Of a DNA stretch of 64,000 nucleotides, positions 61,320 to 64,000 are shown piece by piece. The translations under genes and the position numbers were made by a program. This DNA is from Isurus oxyrinchus (lineage: Eukaryota). Below the pieces are notes generated by a model, which saw nothing but the letters and a program-made list of their open reading frames with translations, had not been told where the DNA came from and searched no databases. How positions within the stretch are numbered: position 1 is the stretch's first letter; the number at the start of each line of letters is the position of its first letter. The DNA lies in the NCBI GenBank assembly GCA_026770705.1, contig JANJGN010000010.1:154628001-154692000 (forward strand). Direction: 5' to 3'.

Positions 61320-61520
61320 ACAAAAGCAAAATACTGGAAATTGAAATAAAAACGGAAAACATAGGAAATACTCAGGCGGTTTGGCAGTATTGGTGGAAAA
61401 ACAGAGTTAATGTTTGAGATCTGTGACCTTTCATCAGGACTAAACCAGACCTGAAATGTTAACTTTCTTTCTCTCTCCACAGGTGCTGCCAGACCTATGT
61501 ATTTCCTGCATTTTTTTTTA
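61320..61520. mobile_element. Decayed inverted Penelope-tail pair with a hammerhead motif (61404-61440, minus)
   Basis: Reverse complement reads ctgatgaaaggtcacagatctcaaacatt. Confidence 0.6.
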
Positions 61521-61604
61521 CTTAAGGTAAGTTTGGTGATGTTAGTTAAATTATGAAAAGAAAGTTGACCATGTTACTGAGAACTTGCCTACTCTTAAAA
61601 GAAA

Positions 61605-62130
61605 GACTGGCATCTATATAGCACCTTTCACAACCTTAGGACATCCTAAAGCAATTAAGAGCCAATGAAATACTTTTGAAATGTAGTCACTATGGTAACA
61701 TAGGAACAGCAGCAGCAGCTAATGTGCATACAGAAAGCTCTCAGGAACAGTAACGTGACAATGATCAAACAACCTGCAAGCTGCCAATTGATGGATAAAT
61801 ATTGGCCGGGACATCAGGGATAATTCCCCCGCTCTTCTTCAAAACAGTGCCGTGCGATCTTTAACATCCACCTGAAAGGGCAGGAGGTTTAATATCTCAT
61901 CCGAGAGACGGCACCACTGACAGTGCGGCACCCCGCCAGTACCACACTGGGAGATCTGAAGAAGAATCATATCGGACTCGAAATGTTTACTCTGTTTCTC
62001 TCTCCACAGATGCTGCCAGACCGGTTGAGGTTTTCCAGAGTTCTCTGTTTTATTTTACTGTCACCTAGGGTGGCAGCCTAACCTTTCTGTGCTTAGAGGG
62101 GGACTTGAACCCACAGCCTTCTGACTGAGT
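61605..62130 (-). mobile_element. DeuSINE-like copy with a nested Penelope tail/hammerhead insert (about 61954-62065)
   Basis: Consensus similarity; CTGAAGA..GACTCGAAA insert. Confidence 0.72.
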
Positions 62131-62222
62131 CACGGCTTCCAAAGGGTAAGGGACCTTAAAGGTTCACTTGGACAGAGATTGGGCCGACATGTAATGGTTC
62201 ATCATTCATCATGTTAACATAC

Positions 62223-62292
62223 CACAGTCGGTGGAAAACAAATCCAGGTCCAGTGCGAGAAGCTCCGCATCGCTGAGCTCCCGCTGCATCAT
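62223..62292 (-). CDS. EXO5: Exonuclease V, coding exon 1 (MMQRELSDAELLALDLD...)
   Basis: Resembles the acidic N-terminal LSD.E.L..LDL motif of vertebrate EXO5; G|gtatgt donor; lies in a GC-rich island. Confidence 0.75.
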
Positions 62293-62299
62293 CTCATTC

Positions 62300-63060
62300 A
62301 AGTTCCGACACCGGGCCGGCCGGCCAATCGGTCGGTCGTCCCCACCCCAGCCGCCCCTCCGGCGACTTCCGGCCGAGGCTGTGAGTCCCTCCCACAACCG
62401 CCCCTCCAGCGACTTCGGCCGACGTTGTCCGTCCCCACTCCGTCAGCCACCCCTCCAGCGACTTCCGGCCGAGGTCGTCCGTCCCCTATCAGCCGCCCCA
62501 CCAGCGCCTCCTGAGCTCACACCCAAAGTCAGTTCCGGATGGAAGTTCAGCCGCACATAAATTCATTCGCAGATTCCAATGCCGATATTCCCTCCTTGCT
62601 CCTATCCCAGCCACACAACCACCACCCCCCCTCCCCCTTCATCCTTCAATGGATGTCATGGCCCCAAAACTTGGAAAGGGAAGCAGAAAAACCGGCCGGG
62701 CATCTTGAAGGCGCAGCCGGAGGAGCTGAGAGTCGGCGCAACCGGGTCGCGGCGGAATGATACGCAAACCAAGTTGAAGGGGAGGGGGGGGGGGCGGGAA
62801 ACCGAGGAGAGGAACAGAGTCACGGACAAAATATGTGGCACATTGTGAGCTGAAAATCCGCGAAGAGTTCTTGACGATTTTTCTTTTTGAATCAGTGTTT
62901 CGTTTCCTTTCTTTATTTTTTTTTTCCGGGGACTATGTTGTTAGGGGGGATGTGTTACAGTCCGCGAAGGGGAGGAGAAGAGGCGTCTCCATGGTAACGC
63001 GTTACCGGGACTGCAAGGCGACCAGAAGACAGCAGCAGCCTGGAGGCTGGAGAGATAGAG
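62300..63060. promoter_or_regulatory. GC/CpG-rich bidirectional promoter (EXO5 and a divergent gene), with ETS sites and an RFX X-box at 62985-62998
   Basis: CpG-dense; repeated ACTTCCGG; GTCTCCATGGTAAC matches the X-box consensus. Confidence 0.65.
62330..62510. repeat. GC-rich minisatellite, about 47-49 bp unit, about 3.5 copies
   Basis: cccctcc(a/g)gcgacttc(c)ggccga at 62354, 62401 and 62450. Confidence 0.8.
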
Positions 63061-63550
63061 TCTGTGGTTTAAAATAGAGGGAGGGAGAGAGAGAAATATA
63101 TAATTCAGGCTAGTAAAAGAATAATAATAAGAAATATATTAAACTGGAGGAAAACGGAATAAGCATGAGGTACAGTCTGGTCCGTTTGCTATAGGTGAGA
63201 GCGATTGCTTCAAAGCCCCGAACAAACGATAAGTCAAGGATATATTATATAACCTGATATCTATAACCTTAAATAAACTTGGGGGAAAGACCAGAGATCC
63301 AAATCCAGGACAGTTGGAAGAGAAAAGCGCTGAACATCGCCAGTTCTCCAAAACCTGTTGCAACTGTCTTTGAGAACCAGTGACTTGCTGGGGGTATTAC
63401 TGCACCCAAGTGTTCTTTTGAAAACCCCTACCTTATAGAAGACGTTTATGACACCGGGAAAATTAAACAAAAGACTCACTGGTAAAACTGGAAAGAAAAG
63501 GTGGGAGGAAATTTAAAAATTGGATGCAAAAGGTCAGTGGTTAGCTAAGG

Positions 63551-63722
63551 ATGGAGGACAAAATACCAGCCAGCAAACATAAGGCAAAGTCAACCACAAA
63601 TCTGACTGCTGAGTCGGCAGCAAAGAAGAAAATTAAGAAAAAGAGAGATAAGGAGAAGAAGAAATCCTCTAAGATAAGAAATTCTTCAAGTACGCCATCG
63701 ACTTCAGACGAGACTGTTTCGG
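63551..63722 (+). CDS. Probable first coding exon of an unidentified divergent gene (Lys-rich, MEDKIPASKHKAK...)
   Basis: Kozak aggATGG; open Lys/Ser-rich frame; possible donor G|gtaggg; downstream of the promoter. Confidence 0.5.
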
Positions 63723-63773
63723 GTAGGGCAAATTAAAAATTTATATCTGAATTATGAAAATCAAAACATGTGA

Positions 63774-63845
63774 ATTATACTCAACACACTACATGGTATT
63801 ATACTCAACACGTTACAAGGTATTATACTCAACACACTACAAGGT
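63774..63845. repeat. 24-bp tandem repeat, 3 copies
   Basis: attatactcaacacactaca(t/a)ggt units. Confidence 0.9.
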
Positions 63846-64000
63846 ATATACTGCCTTTAAAACAGGCAACCACAGAAAGCTCCAACAAAAACAGATTGGT
63901 CTGTCAGCACATGTGGTGAAGGAGACAGCATCTTGGGAATATAGACATCCATTATTGGTATCAAAGGGAGTGAAGGGGGGAAAATATATATATTAAAAAA

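Noticed and set aside
62293-62397. N-terminal extension of EXO5
   Set aside because: Needs a non-ATG start and runs into the minisatellite; similarity to EXO5 begins near the ATG at 62292
63774-63845. 24-bp direct repeats as a CRISPR array
   Set aside because: Head-to-tail with no spacers, and the context is eukaryotic; it is a minisatellite

Overview
This is eukaryotic, repeat-rich vertebrate DNA, almost certainly a shark or other cartilaginous fish, judged from its DeuSINE/SacSINE1-like, HER1/CR1 and Penelope repeat complement. I assembled two complete multi-exon genes by hand on the minus strand, checking GT-AG boundaries and reading phase. EXO5 (exonuclease V) has 6 coding exons over 62292-50194 and encodes about 392 aa. 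A tapasin-family gene has 8 coding exons over 46793-25932 and encodes about 435 aa: signal peptide, N domain, IgV, IgC1, TM and a KKPY ER-retrieval tail. It has ISRE and kB-like motifs around exon 1. A divergent plus-strand gene probably starts near 63551 behind an RFX X-box in the GC-rich EXO5 promoter. The remainder is CR1/HER1, L2 and RTE LINE fragments, two SINE families, Penelope-like elements, two internally deleted Gypsy elements and MITEs. Four observations stand out. (1) A Gypsy element's RT region is replaced by a UACA-like host coiled-coil fragment. (2) Penelope-derived minimal hammerhead ribozymes occur with covarying stems, a tandem and palindromic array, a family-wide non-canonical core, and insertion breakpoints clustered at the ribozyme edge. 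(3) Three long hairpins lie in introns 1-3 of the tapasin-like gene. (4) The tapasin-family protein mixes tapasin and TAPBPR hallmarks. Repeat boundaries are approximate, and family names come from memory, not database searches.
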